Origin: Octopus bimaculoides
Lineage: Eukaryota
Assembly (NCBI RefSeq): GCF_001194135.2
Contig: NC_069004.1
Coordinates: 1,935,661-1,999,660, forward strand
Direction of reading: 5' to 3'
DNA length: 64,000 bases
The notes under the pieces are model-generated. The model did not search any database. It worked only from the letters and a program-made list of their open reading frames with translations, and was not told the origin of the DNA. Shown piece after piece: positions 36,861 to 51,200 of the stretch (position 1 is its first letter; every line of letters begins with the position of its first letter). A program made the translations under genes and the position numbers.

Positions 36861-39800
36861 ATCTGAGTTGATTTCTCTTGTTTGTTTAATCTTCGTGGTT
36901 TTTGTTTTTAAGCTCTTTGTTTTACCTTCTGTTAACATCTATGTTTTTTAATGTTTTAATGTCTTTATTTAAATGTACTTACTTAGAATATGTCTACTTT
37001 TACTCGTTTGTGTTTTAATGTGTTTTAGTAGTTATAAGTAATATAGATTCACTTTATACCTAACAAACATTTTAGTGATAATAATTATATTTCCTTTCAT
37101 ACTCTTTTTAAAAACTTTTCTACCGTGGCTTCATTAATTAACTGTATTCTACTAATTAGCAAAATGTTCTGCTGTCATTTTTCAGTACTTCTCTTGAGTC
37201 CTCTGCCTCTTAACTTCAAACGAGCCAGCAATTAGCAGTTCTTTCTTACTTAAAGCTGTGAAATAGGTTCAGACACAGGTATTGTCAATTTTTCGTTGCT
37301 TGAAGAGGAAGCTGTACAAGGCAGCTAAGGACATTGTTTACTTAGAAGAAAGCATGAAACACACTCACTGTATACACTACATCCAATGGTTTTCAACGAT
37401 TGAACAGTTATTCAGTTGACATGATATTCTCAGTATTGTAATCTCTTAAGAAATGTGTATGATATCCACAAAAGCCAAAATACCAGTTCAAAATCTATGT
37501 TTATAGCATCGGTTCATGACTTTGCAATTATGTATTTTATAAGTCATCATCATCATCATTTGGCATCCATGTTCCATACTGGCATGGGTTGGATAGTTTG
37601 ACAGGATCTGATGTGTCCAAGCTCCAATGTCTGCTTTGGCATGGTTTTTTTTTTTTTAATTTTTTTTTATGGCATGGACTTTATTATAATTGAAGAACAA
37701 AATCCGGGAAATGAATCTTCTGAAGAAGGTTTATAGACAGATCTTGTAACAATGTTGCTCAAATCCACAGTTGAGAACTCCATTCTGATTTTATGGTGAC
37801 TTCTGCTATGGAGCCACATTAAAGCTGTCACTACTGCATGGACAATCAGGAAGCACAACTACTAAAACCCTATCATGTTTTCTGGGGTGGTCATCTGGGT
37901 CTTTCTACATCTCATGTGAGCAGAGGATATTGCAATGCATCTTGCTGCGATGCTCACCCAAGCTGTTTTAAAGGGGTGGGTGTTAAAAAGTATTGGTTGA
38001 AACAGTCCTCGTCTGGAAAATTCCTGTCTTGTCTCTTTAAGTTAAAAAGCTTCATGTGAGATACCTTTCTCTTTAACAAATATCTTCAAAGAATGAAAAT
38101 ATTGATTTGTATGTTTATTTTTGTTTTTAATCTTTATTGTTTCATGCCATCAAGCATTCAGCTGAACATTTGACTAACAGAACTATGTAAGCTGAGAGCT
38201 TGTGTAAATACTGTAAATCTTCGACAAATAAAATACAATTTAATGTTAAAAAAATAAAAACCCTCTGATTTGACAATGTCTGAAAAGATAGATGAAAAAT
38301 AAAGAGAATGTAACTGTATGAGAAATATGTTTGTTTTCCATTGTCTTTGATTACTTTACTGTACTTTGAACAATGTGTATTTTAATTGTTGTTAAACACA
38401 AAATCGTCTCCTGTTAAAGATATCAAAAGACAAAAATTTTTGAGGAAAATCACAAAGCATTGTTTAATACCTCCCTAATAGTCATTTATTGATTCAAGGC
38501 CACATTTTTTGGTGAAGATATTGGGAAATAAGGTTATCCCAGTGTTTTCACTGACATTTTATTGATCCGAAAAGGATGAAAGGGAAGGGTCAGTCCAAGT
38601 AGAGTTCTAATTCAAATTGAGAAGAGATGCAGACAAATAGTGGCAGCAGAACATAGAATTGTTTCATTGTTGCTTCTGTCATTTCTTGAAAAAGTTGATA
38701 AAATAAAAGTTGGCACTGGTAGGATTTTGAATCCAGAATGTGGAACAAAATTAGATGCTGTTTCTTCCACTTCACCATCTTAATGATCCTTTCTGCTATA
38801 GGTTCAAGGTCTGAAATCTTGGGAGAGGGGGCGAGTTAATTACATTGATCCCCAGGGCTTGACTAGTATTTACTTTATTGATCCAATAGGCACACGGCCC
38901 AAAAATTTGGGGAAGGGGGCCAGTTGATTACATCGACCCCAGTACGCAACTGGTGCTTAATTTATTGACCCCAAAAGGATGAAAGGCAAAGTTGACCTCG
39001 GCAGGACTGATAACAATATTGAAGAGTGTAGCAGTGCACCATCCCTTCTCTCTGCAATCCTGCAGAAGGCTCTCATACTTATTCAACACCGTGGTAAAGA
39101 AAGAAAAACTATTTTGCCTCTCATTAATAAAGAGGGAATGGGGAGAAAAGACAATTTCATTAATATCTGTTGGCGAGGGGGAGTATCNNNNNNNNNNNNN
39201 NNNNNNNNNNNNNNNNNNNNNNNNNNNNNNNNNNNNNNNNNNNNNNNNNNNNNNNNNNNNNNNNNNNNNNNNNNNNNNNNNNNNNNNNNNNNNNNNNNNN
39301 NNNNNNNNNNNNNNNNNNNNNNNNNNNNNNNNNNNNNNNNNNNNNNNNNNNNNNNNNNNNNNNNNNNNNNNNNNNNNNNNNNNNNNNNNNNNNNNNNNNN
39401 NNNNNNNNNNNNNNNNNNNNNNNNNNNNNNNNNNNNNNNNNNNNNNNNNNNNNNNNNNNNNNNNNNNNNNNNNNNNNNNNNNNNNNNNNNNNNNNNNNNN
39501 NNNNNNNNNNNNNNNNNCCTAGTGCACTATAAAGTGGGTGGGCGTTAAGAAGGGCATCCTGCCGTGGAAACCCTGCCGAAACAGACGACTGGAGCCTGGG
39601 CTGCTCTCTCAAAACGTTCGACCTATACCAGCATGGAAAACGGGTGTTAAATGACGATGGTGGTGGTGGTGGTGGATTTTCAGTTTGAACATTTGTAGGC
39701 TGATGGCTTCAAAACACACTGTGGATAGGAAGAGAATTGTAGAGTTAGCATTTCTAAATAAGATTAGACATTGTGCTTAATACAGGACTTAGGGAAGAGA

Positions 39801-40594
39801 CAAGGCATAGAAAGAGGTGGAGTGAAGAGATGAGAAGAGCCAAATAGGGTTAGGTAGAGGAGGTAGCATATATCAACTTGTTAATAACTACAGATCAGTT
39901 ATTTCCGAACTGTGAGACAGAATCGTTAGAACGTCAGACAAGAAAGAAGTAGCAATATTTAGTTATGGACTTTGGTTTTCCAAGTTTCAAATCCTCCTAA
40001 AGTTAACATTGCTTTTCAATCCTTATGCAATAAAGTACTAATTAAGTACTGGAGGTGATTTATATATTTCGTTCGTGTATCCAAGATAGGAATGGAATTA
40101 TAAGTTCTAAGGTCCAGGGAAAATAATTCTTTCTGCTATAGACACAAGGAGGAAGGTGTTATGTCGATTTCATCGACTCCAGCGCTTCACTGATACTTTC
40201 TTTTATCGGCCTCCGAAAGATAAAAAGCAGTCAACCTCAACGGAATTTGAACGCAGAACGCCGGACGAAATGTCTGTAAGTATTTTATCCGGCGTGCTAA
40301 TGATTGTGCCGGCTCGCCGCCTTCCGAAAAGCAAGTTACTGCAATACAAAAGTGGCGCGCCTCCTACGTCTCGGCGTAGGCTTAACTAATCGATAACATG
40401 TATTGTGTAGTTATATACGTTAGTCACGTCTGTTCATCCTCACTTTGTCCATAGCAACAACGGACGACGACCAGCAAATCGTCTCGGACTTCTGGCTACA
40501 CTTGCACGGCCCCTAACTCTTTGTCTGTCTCTATTTTCTAATACCACATTCTACAGTGGCTTAAAACTTCTTATTCCAGCCGACTCACCCGAAA

Positions 40595-41085
40595 ATGACT
40601 ACGTCGTACAAGGTAAAAGAATGTTTTTCCTCTCACTTTCTCTAAAACTAGTCGTTCTTGTTCGTTTCTTTAACTCCCACCCACTCTAAACACATTTTCT
40701 CACTTCGGCACCTTTCTTTTCGTTACATTCTTGTAAATATAAATTTATATTCCATATAATGTTATAATATACATCACGAACACTTTCAATAAATCTCTTA
40801 GACAATATATCATCCCTATTGTGTGAAACTGTCTCAACTTTTCACTAATCTCTCATGCTTTTCAATATACACTTTGGCCTCCGGTTCTATTTGCTTTTAG
40901 TTTTTCTAGCTGTCTTACCTGCTTGTATATCTCCTCTATTTTCTGTTTACCTATAACACGTAGTTTTCATTTATACCTACTTACCCTATCTATCTATCTA
41001 TCTATCTCCTCTGTGTGTTTGTATGTATGTCTGTCTATCTACTGTGTGTATGTATGTATCTATCTGTCTGTCTATCTTTTGTATG

Positions 41086-41119
<34 letters not shown>

Positions 41120-44100
41120 CCTTTATATCTATGTATGTATGTATCTACCTTTATGTCTATGTGTATGCATGTATGTATGTATCTATCTACCTTTATGTCT
41201 ATGTATCTATATATCTGTCTATATCTATCTGTATGTATGCATGTATCTCTCTGTGTCTGTCTATTTTCTGAGTGTCTGTATGTATCTATGTATGTCTATC
41301 TACATGTATGTATGTATCTGTCTAATTTGCCGACTATCTTAGGTAGTCTTACGCTGTACTCCGAAATATTTTTCCTTACCATTTCTTATCTCAAATTTTC
41401 ATACATACATAAATATATAAAACTGTTAGAGATGCTGGTAGTTCAAACGCCCTCTTATTCCTTTATTTCAAGTGACATATACACATCGTACCATTTGCCA
41501 GCATTGTTCTCTATGTAAAATACGTTGATCTACAACAGACTTGCTTTCGGTACAAATGCACGCAAAATTTTTTTCTATTCTCTTACTATTATTATAATAT
41601 ATACATACATGTATGTATACACATTTATGCATGAGTATATATATATATATATATATATAGACAGAGAGATCGCCGTTTATCCACTTCCCCGGTGTTGGCT
41701 ACTCATTTTTCCGGTTCGTTGTTGATGTTTGTTGGCGTGAATGCCTACATAAATGATATACAAAAACAAAAATAAAAATCAAGTCCTGTGTGCGTGTGCG
41801 TCTTTATAAATGGAAATGCGTGTATCATCATCGTTTAACGTCCGCTTTCTAAGCTGGCATGGGTTGGGCGGTTTGATAGGAGCTGCCAAAGTTCCAGTTC
41901 TNNNNNNNNNNNNNNNNNNNNNNNNNNNNNNNNNNNNNNNNNNNNNNNNNNNNNNNNNNNNNNNNNNNNNNNNNNNNNNNNNNNNNNNNNNNNNNNNNNN
42001 NNNNNNNNNNNNNNNNNNNNNNNNNNNNNNNNNNNNNNNNNNNNNNNNNNNNNNNNNNNNNNNNNNNNNNNNNNNNNNNNNNNNNNNNNNNNNNNNNNNN
42101 NNNNNNNNNNNNNNNNNNNNNNNNNNNNNNNNNNNNNNNNNNNNNNNNNNNNNNNNNNNNNNNNNNNNNNNNNNNNNNNNNNNNNNNNNNNNNNNNNNNN
42201 NNNNNNNNNNNNNNNNNNNNNNNNNNNNNNNNNNNNNNNNNNNNNNNNNNNNNNNNNNNNNNNNNNNNNNNNNNNNNNNNNNNNNNNNNNNNNNNNNNNN
42301 NNNNNNNNNNNNNNTATATATATATATATATATATATACATACATACACACAGATAGAGATAATGCTGCAAATAAACAAGCTTGGGCTTGATATATAAAA
42401 TATACATACATATATACATGCGAATAGAGAGAAACAAAGGCTGAAGATATTCAGACAGTAAACATTCATGAATAGATATAAAGATATTTATATATTAACA
42501 GATCAGATTTACAGAGTACAAAGAGGTGGACAGCTAAGGGGAAAAGGTATGGTGTTATAGATCCGACTGCTGTTTGTGGGGAATCGGAATTATGTAAGAT
42601 GGAGTTCACACAAAGTCAAGAATATGCAACGAATATGGGATGCATAGAAACATTACAGTAAAGCCGGCCTCCATCTTCAGAGTGGAAAGATTGGTAACAA
42701 ACATTTCAAACTTTCAAAATCATGATATGGCGAAATTTAAAGATAGAATTGGTAAAGAAGAAGGCCAATAGAAGTAAGTACACACACACATATACATACA
42801 CACACAAATTATGTGCATTTTATGCATACTTACAATACATACATATATTTGTATATGTATATAATGGGTAAAAAATGCATCAAAAGATGTATAATAAATA
42901 CTGATATATATACATCATTATCATCATCATTTAACATCTGCTTTCTATGCTGGCATGGGTTGGACGGTTTAACTGAAAGCTGGGGGCTGCACCAGGTTCT
43001 GATCTGATTTGGTAAGGTTTCTATGGCTGGATGCCCTTCCTAACGTCAATATATATATATATATATATATAAATTTTTACCCTGATAAACCTCAAGGCAC
43101 ATGGCATAGCATTCAGGTAGACCCTGTCAATCAATTTCATGAGCTTCAAACAGAATTTTGTCGGTGTCTTCTGGAAATTGCTACAGAAGATTGCCTATGC
43201 ATATGGTAGCCCACTGCAGTCTCTCAACATTTTCCAAAGAACCTGTATGGAAACTTGGATTGAGGTATCAGGAAAGATTCTGATGACTAGTGTTATTACC
43301 AGTATTAGTTAAGGATGCATTCTGTTACCCTCTCTCTTCCCAATTGCAGCTGACATTGTGGCAAAGTGAGTGAATAATGAGATTACTGCATGTTTGGGGT
43401 GGATGGAAATAAAAAGGCTTTGTGATATGGTCTTTGGACTTTTAGCAGAAACAAGACCCGGCCTGCAAGAACTATCAAAGCTCAAAGAATAAGCAAGAAA
43501 GATTGGTCCCAGACTTTAACTGTGTAAAGACTAAGGCGATGCAGATTTTGGAAGATGTGGCCAGTTTCTCTGACCTGGACAGTGTGATTGGTTGGTAGTT
43601 CTAGAAGCATAGCAAATGATGTGAGCAATAGAATTGGCAAAGTAGGAACTGCATTCTTGCATATTTGCCAAATCTGAGTAATAACAGGCATCAGTACAAG
43701 CATGAAAGTCAGGCTATGCAGTGCCAATGGCTTTGTATGGCAACAAATAATGGAAAAGCTAGAAACATTTCACCAACAACGTCTACAAAAGATCCTTCAA
43801 ACTCAGCTGAGAAGATAGAACTACAGACGAGTAAATCCTTCTGCAAGGCAAATCCCACCTGCTCCAAAATATTGTAGCACTGCATCAGTTTCACCTGGCA
43901 GACCACACTGCAGGTAAAGACTGCAATGACATGGATCTGAGAAGAAAGGAAATGGCAAAGGACACAGGCTGGCTCAAGAACCTCTGGTGCTAGGCAGACA
44001 TTCCCAGAGGGCTTCAAAAGCACAACCACCTTTTGAATAGGAAGAAAGAATTATGGCAGGTCAACCATATTAGAGGAAGCTTGCTGCCATAGGAGTGTCT

Positions 44101-45574
44101 CCCAACAAGAGCAGACCTCTTATATATACATCTGTATGTATATATAATGTCTGATATAATATATGCAGTCTTTATAAGATACTTGTATGTATATATCAAG
44201 TATTTATAAAATGCATGTGTGTATGTATATATATATAATCATTCCTACATCTTTAGAACACTGACATTTTATGATTAACTGGCTGATTTGAAATTTTTAT
44301 TACCAAGTGGTTTCTGAAAATTACAGCAGCTATGAACTTCATAAAATGTCAACATTGTAAACATACCAGAGCTCAGGATGTTGATAGATTCATTTTATTA
44401 ATTGGCTGAGCCTTGAAACTACATACTTGGAACCAGTGACATAATCGCACACTAACTACATAGTCGTATGTAGAACACTATATATGTGTGTGTTTATGCA
44501 TGGCCTAAAAAGTTTGTTTTTCAACCATATGATTTTTGCATTGTTGTATCATTCAAACCACATTATTTTTTACACTCATGTATATATTTATATGTGTTTG
44601 TCTTCCACCACTGCTTGACAACTGGTGATCTCAAAAGAGATCGCTAGAATCAGCCCTGGGGTTAATTTGTTTGATTAAAAACCTTCAAGGCAGTGCCCCA
44701 GCATGGCCACAGTCAATTCACTGAAACAAATGATAAAAGATATGTATATATAAAATTCTTTTCTCTACCTCTCCTCTGTCCTCCAGGATGTCTAGATCAC
44801 GAAATAAAATTGGGATAAACTGTTTAAAGAAACAAACAAACAGAAAGTTGGTACAAGTAAAAATCATGTTTTGACCTGTATGACAATCTGCATACAAACT
44901 TTTTTAAAGCTGTTTATAATAGAGAAATGATAAGGAAGTATTTTTTTTTTATCATGAATGAATTTTCTGAAATTCTGTGTGAAAAAGATCAAGTGGTCAC
45001 TTGAAGAGTCTCCCCCGCACACAAAAACTACCAAGAAGTGCATTCTCAATAAATAACACCAAAATGACATTATGGTGAAGTGCTGTGAACCGTGACTTGG
45101 TTTTTGGTGTGGTTGTAGTCATTTTTATAATGTATATGTAATTCATCTCTCTGGTGTCTTTAACTCTTTAGCATTCAGATTACTCTGTCAAATGCAATGC
45201 TTATTTATTCACATTGTCTTGAATTAATCATGCATTATCTCATAACTTCAATGTTTTGATGATGTGATCGTTTAATTTTAGAATGATATTGTAGGATAGG
45301 GGTGGGGGGCTGGGTCTGGATGGTTTGAACATAGAACGGGTAGAATATTTGGGTTTGATATGCTAAATTGTTAAGTTTGTTCTATACTCTGTTTGGTTTT
45401 GTACCATGAGCTGCGCTCATCTTTCAGTATTTGTGGATAGTGCGGTGTCTCAGACCCTTGCATGGGTGTGAGGCACTTTGACATTGCTGACTTGACATTA
45501 ACATATTCGACATTAAATATTGACATACTTGACATTAAGCGTTTTAACATTTTTCTCATTCTTTTTCTCTCTCG

Positions 45575-45614
<40 letters not shown>

Positions 45615-47462
45615 GTCCACCCCATGAGGAAATGGGGAAAAATGGACTTGAAAAAAAAAAATTAGAAAAACAAGTCCATAGCACTTCAACATAAGGCCAT
45701 TTTTCTGTTGTATTTGCAGCTGTTAATTGTGTTTGCACTTCTCTGCATTTATTGTGTGAGTGCCTTTACTGTTGCAATTATTGTGTGTGTGTGTGTGTGT
45801 GTGTTGTTATGTAGTTATTAATTGTAGAATTACTGTGCATGTGATTCTAAAGTTGCCTTTAATGGTGTTTGCAATTCAATTAAGGGCAAATAGGGAGGAA
45901 AATGAAACAATAAAATGTCTTACTGAATGTTGTTCCTTGTGAGCTATGAAACTTTATTTTGAAAAGGAAAAAAGACTAAAATCTAATATCCTGTCCCACA
46001 CAAGATCTGTGCTTTCATCAGCCATTTTGATTTACAGCCAAATCTTGGTTTGTAGTCAGATCTGATTGAATGAAATACTAGTGGGTTCACTCAACTAGTA
46101 AGAAACCCAGAGTTTCAGTATGGCAACATGGCTGTAATTTACACAATAAATAATAATTTATACTCCACCTCCTGGCATTTGTTTATCAGTCTCTACATAC
46201 TGAGAAGATCTACAAACTCAAACACACTTGTCTCTTCAGCATCCATTTACTTTCACTCTCGCCTTCATTCATAATCACCCGACTCTTTCTAAAAAAAACT
46301 CTTATAGTCTTGTCATTCTATTTATAAAACATTAGGCCTTTCTTTCCTTTCTTTCTTTTTTTTGCCTGGAGCTTACTTCTCTAGTCTTTCATTGTTTATT
46401 AACCAGCTGTTCACTTTGTTTCCTGTTTTGTTTTTCTTTTTCACCTGACAAACTAGTTAACCACCTGTCAAAACTGCTTCTATAATTGCTGTCCTATCCA
46501 CACCCTACACTTCACTTGCACAGATTTTTTTTTTCTCTCCAGTTTAGCCCTGTTTGTAAATATCCTTCCTCACACATGTTGAGTGTTCTTCATTCAACCA
46601 CTGATTGTATTGAGTACTGGAGGCTGGAGTTTATTTGAAGTGAATGAAGATCTCTTCACAGTTACATATTAGAAATGGTTGTAATAATAATAATTTTAGC
46701 TGATCACTAGTCTACTCTGTCTTGACTTGTTCCGTTACTACATACAGGTTGGTATGTTAGTGCAATTGGAATAAACTTGTTCTCTTCTGGCTAAGTAAAT
46801 ACTAACCCAATGACTTTCTTTCTTCTCTGAATGAAGCAACTTTAGTTGGGTATTTTTTTTTTTTTTTGCTTTTTTTTCTTTTGTGTTTTTTAATAAACAT
46901 TTTATTCCTACTTTTCAGATAACCAGGGAAATCAGTTTTTGTAAAAAAAATTTTTTTATGTCATTTGTGTAAACTTAATTATTTTCGAAGGTGCGTGGCC
47001 ATAGCCAGGTGGTTGGTGTGTTGTATCTATGATCATAAGGTCTTGATTTCAATTCCCAGATTGGGCAATACATTGTGTTCTTGAGCAAAACACTTCATTT
47101 CCTGTTGCTTCAGTCTACTCAACCGGGACGTTAACCCTGTAATGGTCCGTTACTGAATATTTGTTCCCTTGAGGAATCCATGTCCCAGTAATTTTAACCA
47201 GTTAAAATTTTTTCTATTTATCTCTTGCAAAAAAACAACAAAAAAACATTTTCCCTTCTGCAACAGCCAAAATTAGAAATTATGAAAATTATGATAATTT
47301 ATGCATAAGCAACAGTACACTGTGAATCATTTTCCCCATTTTCACAAACTATGACTACTATGCAAAAAATTAATAAGGAATTTTTTCCAATTAAACCAAC
47401 TTTATTTTTGATTTTTGTGTGAACAAAAATACTGTGAAATAACCCATATAAACACACACACA

Positions 47463-47505
<43 letters not shown>

Positions 47506-48210
47506 TAGGCTTCCACACAATTTCATTCTTCCAAATTTACTCACAAAGCATTAGTTGGCCTGGGGCCATAGTAGAAGACACTTGCCAATGGTACCATGCA
47601 GTGGGACTGAAACCAGAACCATATGATTGAGAAGTGAGCTTCTTAACCACACAGCCATGCCTATGAAAATTAAACAAAGCAGAACAGAAAATAATCATGA
47701 GAGAGGGTTGTGATAATTGAAACGCTACCCAGGTAACTTTGGGTATGTGACGAATGCTGTTGTGCTCAGTAAAGTGGAACTACATACAGAATACAGATGC
47801 TGGATGCATTCAGTTTTAGAATTAGGAAGATGAAGCAGCTCCTACTTGGCAGACAGGCAACCAAGTAATTACAGGTTAGTCGTGACAAGGAGAAAATGAA
47901 GGTAAAAATGTGAAGAAAATGTAAGACACATACGAAAAAAAGAAGTTTAAGAGACACTGTATGACAATCAACCAAACTCTGAATAGGTAAGAAGCCTGTG
48001 GATGAGAAAGGTGAAGGAAAAATACTTGCAATAGTCAGTGTGGAAGGTGAGGATTACAACTGACTGGGGCAGACCTATTTGCAAACAGCATTCCGTTTAA
48101 GGTATAAGATGTTTTTGCTCAGCCGGTTTGGCATCACTGAATTGATGCTAACATATTTAATGTCAGGCATTTTATGTTTTGCTATGTTTCTCTCGTTCCT
48201 TCCTCCCTCC

Positions 48211-48269
<59 letters not shown>

Positions 48270-51200
48270 NNNNNNNNNNNNNNNNNNNNNNNNNNNNNNN
48301 NNNNNNNNNNNNNNNNNNNNNNNNNNNNNNNNNNNNNNNNNNNNNNNNNNNNNNNNNNNNNNNNNNNNNNNNNNNNNNNNNNNNNNNNNNNNNNNNNNNN
48401 NNNNNNNNNNNNNNNNNNNNNNNNNNNNNNNNNNNNNNNNNNNNNNNNNNNNNNNNNNNNNNNNNNNNNNNNNNNNNNNNNNNNNNNNNNNNNNNNNNNN
48501 NNNNNNNNNNNNNNNNNNNNNNNNNNNNNNNNNNNNNNNNNNNNNNNNNNNNNNNNNNNNNNNNNNNNNNNNNNNNNNNNNNNNNNNNNNNNNNNNNNNN
48601 NNNNNNNNNNNNNNNNNNNNNNNNNNNNNNNNNNNNNNNNNNNNNNNNNNNNNNNNNNNNNNNNNNNNNNNNNNNNNNNNNNNNNNNNNNNNNNNNNNNN
48701 NNNNNNNNNNNNNNNNNNNNNNNNNNNNNNNNNNNNNNNNNNNNNNNNNNNNNNNNNNNNNNNNNNNNNNNNNNNNNNNNNNNNNNNNNNNNNNNNNNNN
48801 NNNNNNNNNNNNNNNNNNNNNNNNNNNNNNNNNNNNNNNNNNNNNNNNNNNNNNNNNNNNNNNNNNNNNNNNNNNNNNNNNNNNNNNNNNNNNNNNNNNN
48901 NNNNNNNNNNNNNNNNNNNNNNNNNNNNNNNNNNNNNNNNNNNNNNNNNNNNNNNNNNNNNNNNNNNNNNNNNNNNNNNNNNNNNNNNNNNTCTTCAAAG
49001 CCTGAAGCCAAAGAACCAGTTGTATAGCATTTGGTGAAAGAAATTTATTCAGTTGCTATGGATGGATGTTCTGCTTTCATTTTCAAAAGTTGAGGTGTGA
49101 CAAATGTTTTTTTTCTTTGTTGTTAAAGACAAAATTAATAATATAAATCCAAATGTTGATTTGAGAATGGTGTGAAACAGTGTTTAAAGAGTAATTATGA
49201 CACAGGTAAAGTAATTGAACTAACCTAAACGGTGAGAGCTAAACAAAAGTGGGAGTGAAACTGGTTTAAGCAAGTCTAATGAAAAGAGGGGGGGGGGCAG
49301 ACCAAAAACAAATATGAGTCATCTGGTTCAAATGGAAGCACTTAAAGTTAAATGAAACTGCAGTGGGCCTTTTAGAGGAATTCATTGGCTGGATGGACTA
49401 ATTGAGTTTTAGCTTAATATTCAATTAGGCTAGTTTAAGTACTACCATAGACTTCAACTGGTGATCAGGGACAAAAATTTGTGTCAACTGAACACATTGG
49501 ATAGCGTTATGCTTTGAAGGGATATTGATTGGAACTCAAGAAAACCCCCTACTCCACAGCAGGAGTGTTAAGACCAGTGCCACATAAATGTGCCATGTAA
49601 AAACATCCATGTGGTGCCAGGTAAAAGCGTCTATGTGGCGTCACATAAAAAGCACCCATGCGGCACCACATGAAAGTACACGGCACACTCTGTAAAGTGG
49701 TTGGCGTTAGGAAGGATGTCCAGTTGTAGAAACCATGCCAAAGCAGACTGGAGCCTGGTGCAGCTTGTTAGCTCTGGTCAAACTGTCTAACCCATGCCAG
49801 TATGGAAAGTGGACATTAAATGATGATGATGTGTCATGGCCAGGGTAATCATTACATCTATCTTTTTTTTTTCTTCTTCTATAATGATAGAGCCCATATT
49901 TTCTATTTTCAGCCAGCAGATTCAAAAAGGGAAGAATTCCGAAAGTATTTAGAAAAGGCTGGGGTTTTGGATGCTCTCACAAAAGGTGACAGACTTCTTT
50001 GATTTCATTTATTTTGTTCCTCCCAAAAATATCTCAAAATCCATTCCTACATTTCTCTATTGTTTTATTATTATTAAATATCATAAAAGAATATGAAGTG
50101 GTGCCTTTGCATGGGGCTGATGTAAACTCCTGGCTAACTGGAATCCTATGATGGTTTTGATTACATAATGCAAAATCTTATACATTTCCTATAATACAAA
50201 TTTCATATATTGAGGCCATGTGTTAAGTGGGCTATTACAAAATTTTAATACTTTTAAATAAAACTAAAATATTTTCCAAAATTCATTTTATCTGTTTGTG
50301 ACCTAAAAGCATCGACATCTTTATTATTGTCAAACTTAGCTACAACCAGTGCTTCTCAAACTATGTCCCATACTGCACGCCTCTGTTTGCAACATGGTGT
50401 CTAGGTGTGGCATGAATTTTTAAAACACATTATAAACTGGCCTTAGAAAATCCATATTAATACTTGAACTTCTTGTAAAACTTGTTTTTTCATAATTTTG
50501 TTATACATCAATGTAATTAATAATACAAGTTAAGCAATAGCTTTTTATTATTTATTTTTTTTTACTTTAAAACATTTTTGTTTAACTTTCCATGAGAAAA
50601 CTGCATGAGCAAAATGTTTTGTTTATTTAATGTCCACTGCACCACAAAGTCAGAAAAAGACTGAGAAACTATTTGCATAAATGTTTGTGTATGTTGTTGT
50701 TGTTGTTTTTATTAGTGTCTCTCTCTTCTCCTTTCTTAAATCAATGATTTCAAGTTCAAATCCTAGAAAATTCACAGCATCTTGTAAACCCCTTCTTTTT
50801 TTTTTTTTACATAAATTTGTTATTCATCAATGATCAATGTGATTAATTATACAAGTTAATTAATAGTTTTCTGTCTGTTATCCAATTTTTTTAACTTTAA
50901 AAAATAGATTTAATCTTTTAGCCTTATCTTTTGCTTGTTCTGCTCATTGGATGGCAGCCATACTAAGGCACTGCCTTAAAGGGATAAGTCAAACAAATTC
51001 ACCCCCACTACATATCTTTAAGTCTGGTACTTATTCTATCGGTTTATTTTGCCGAACTGCTAAGTTATAGGAACATAAACAAGCCAACACTGGTTGTCAA
51101 ACAGTGAGTAATGGGGGGGGGGCAAACACACCCATGCGTGTGTGTGTGCACACACACTCACACACAGGCTTCCTCACAGTTTCCTTCTACCAAATTCACT

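Noticed and set aside
37660-38070. Non-repetitive-looking segment with short ORFs between HAUS2 and MYCBP
   Set aside because: No recognisable protein in any frame and no consistent splice-site pair.
49560-49680. About four imperfect ~24-nt repeats superficially resembling a CRISPR-like array
   Set aside because: There are no spacers. It is a local expansion of the gtaaaagcacc motif of SINE family B in a eukaryotic intron.
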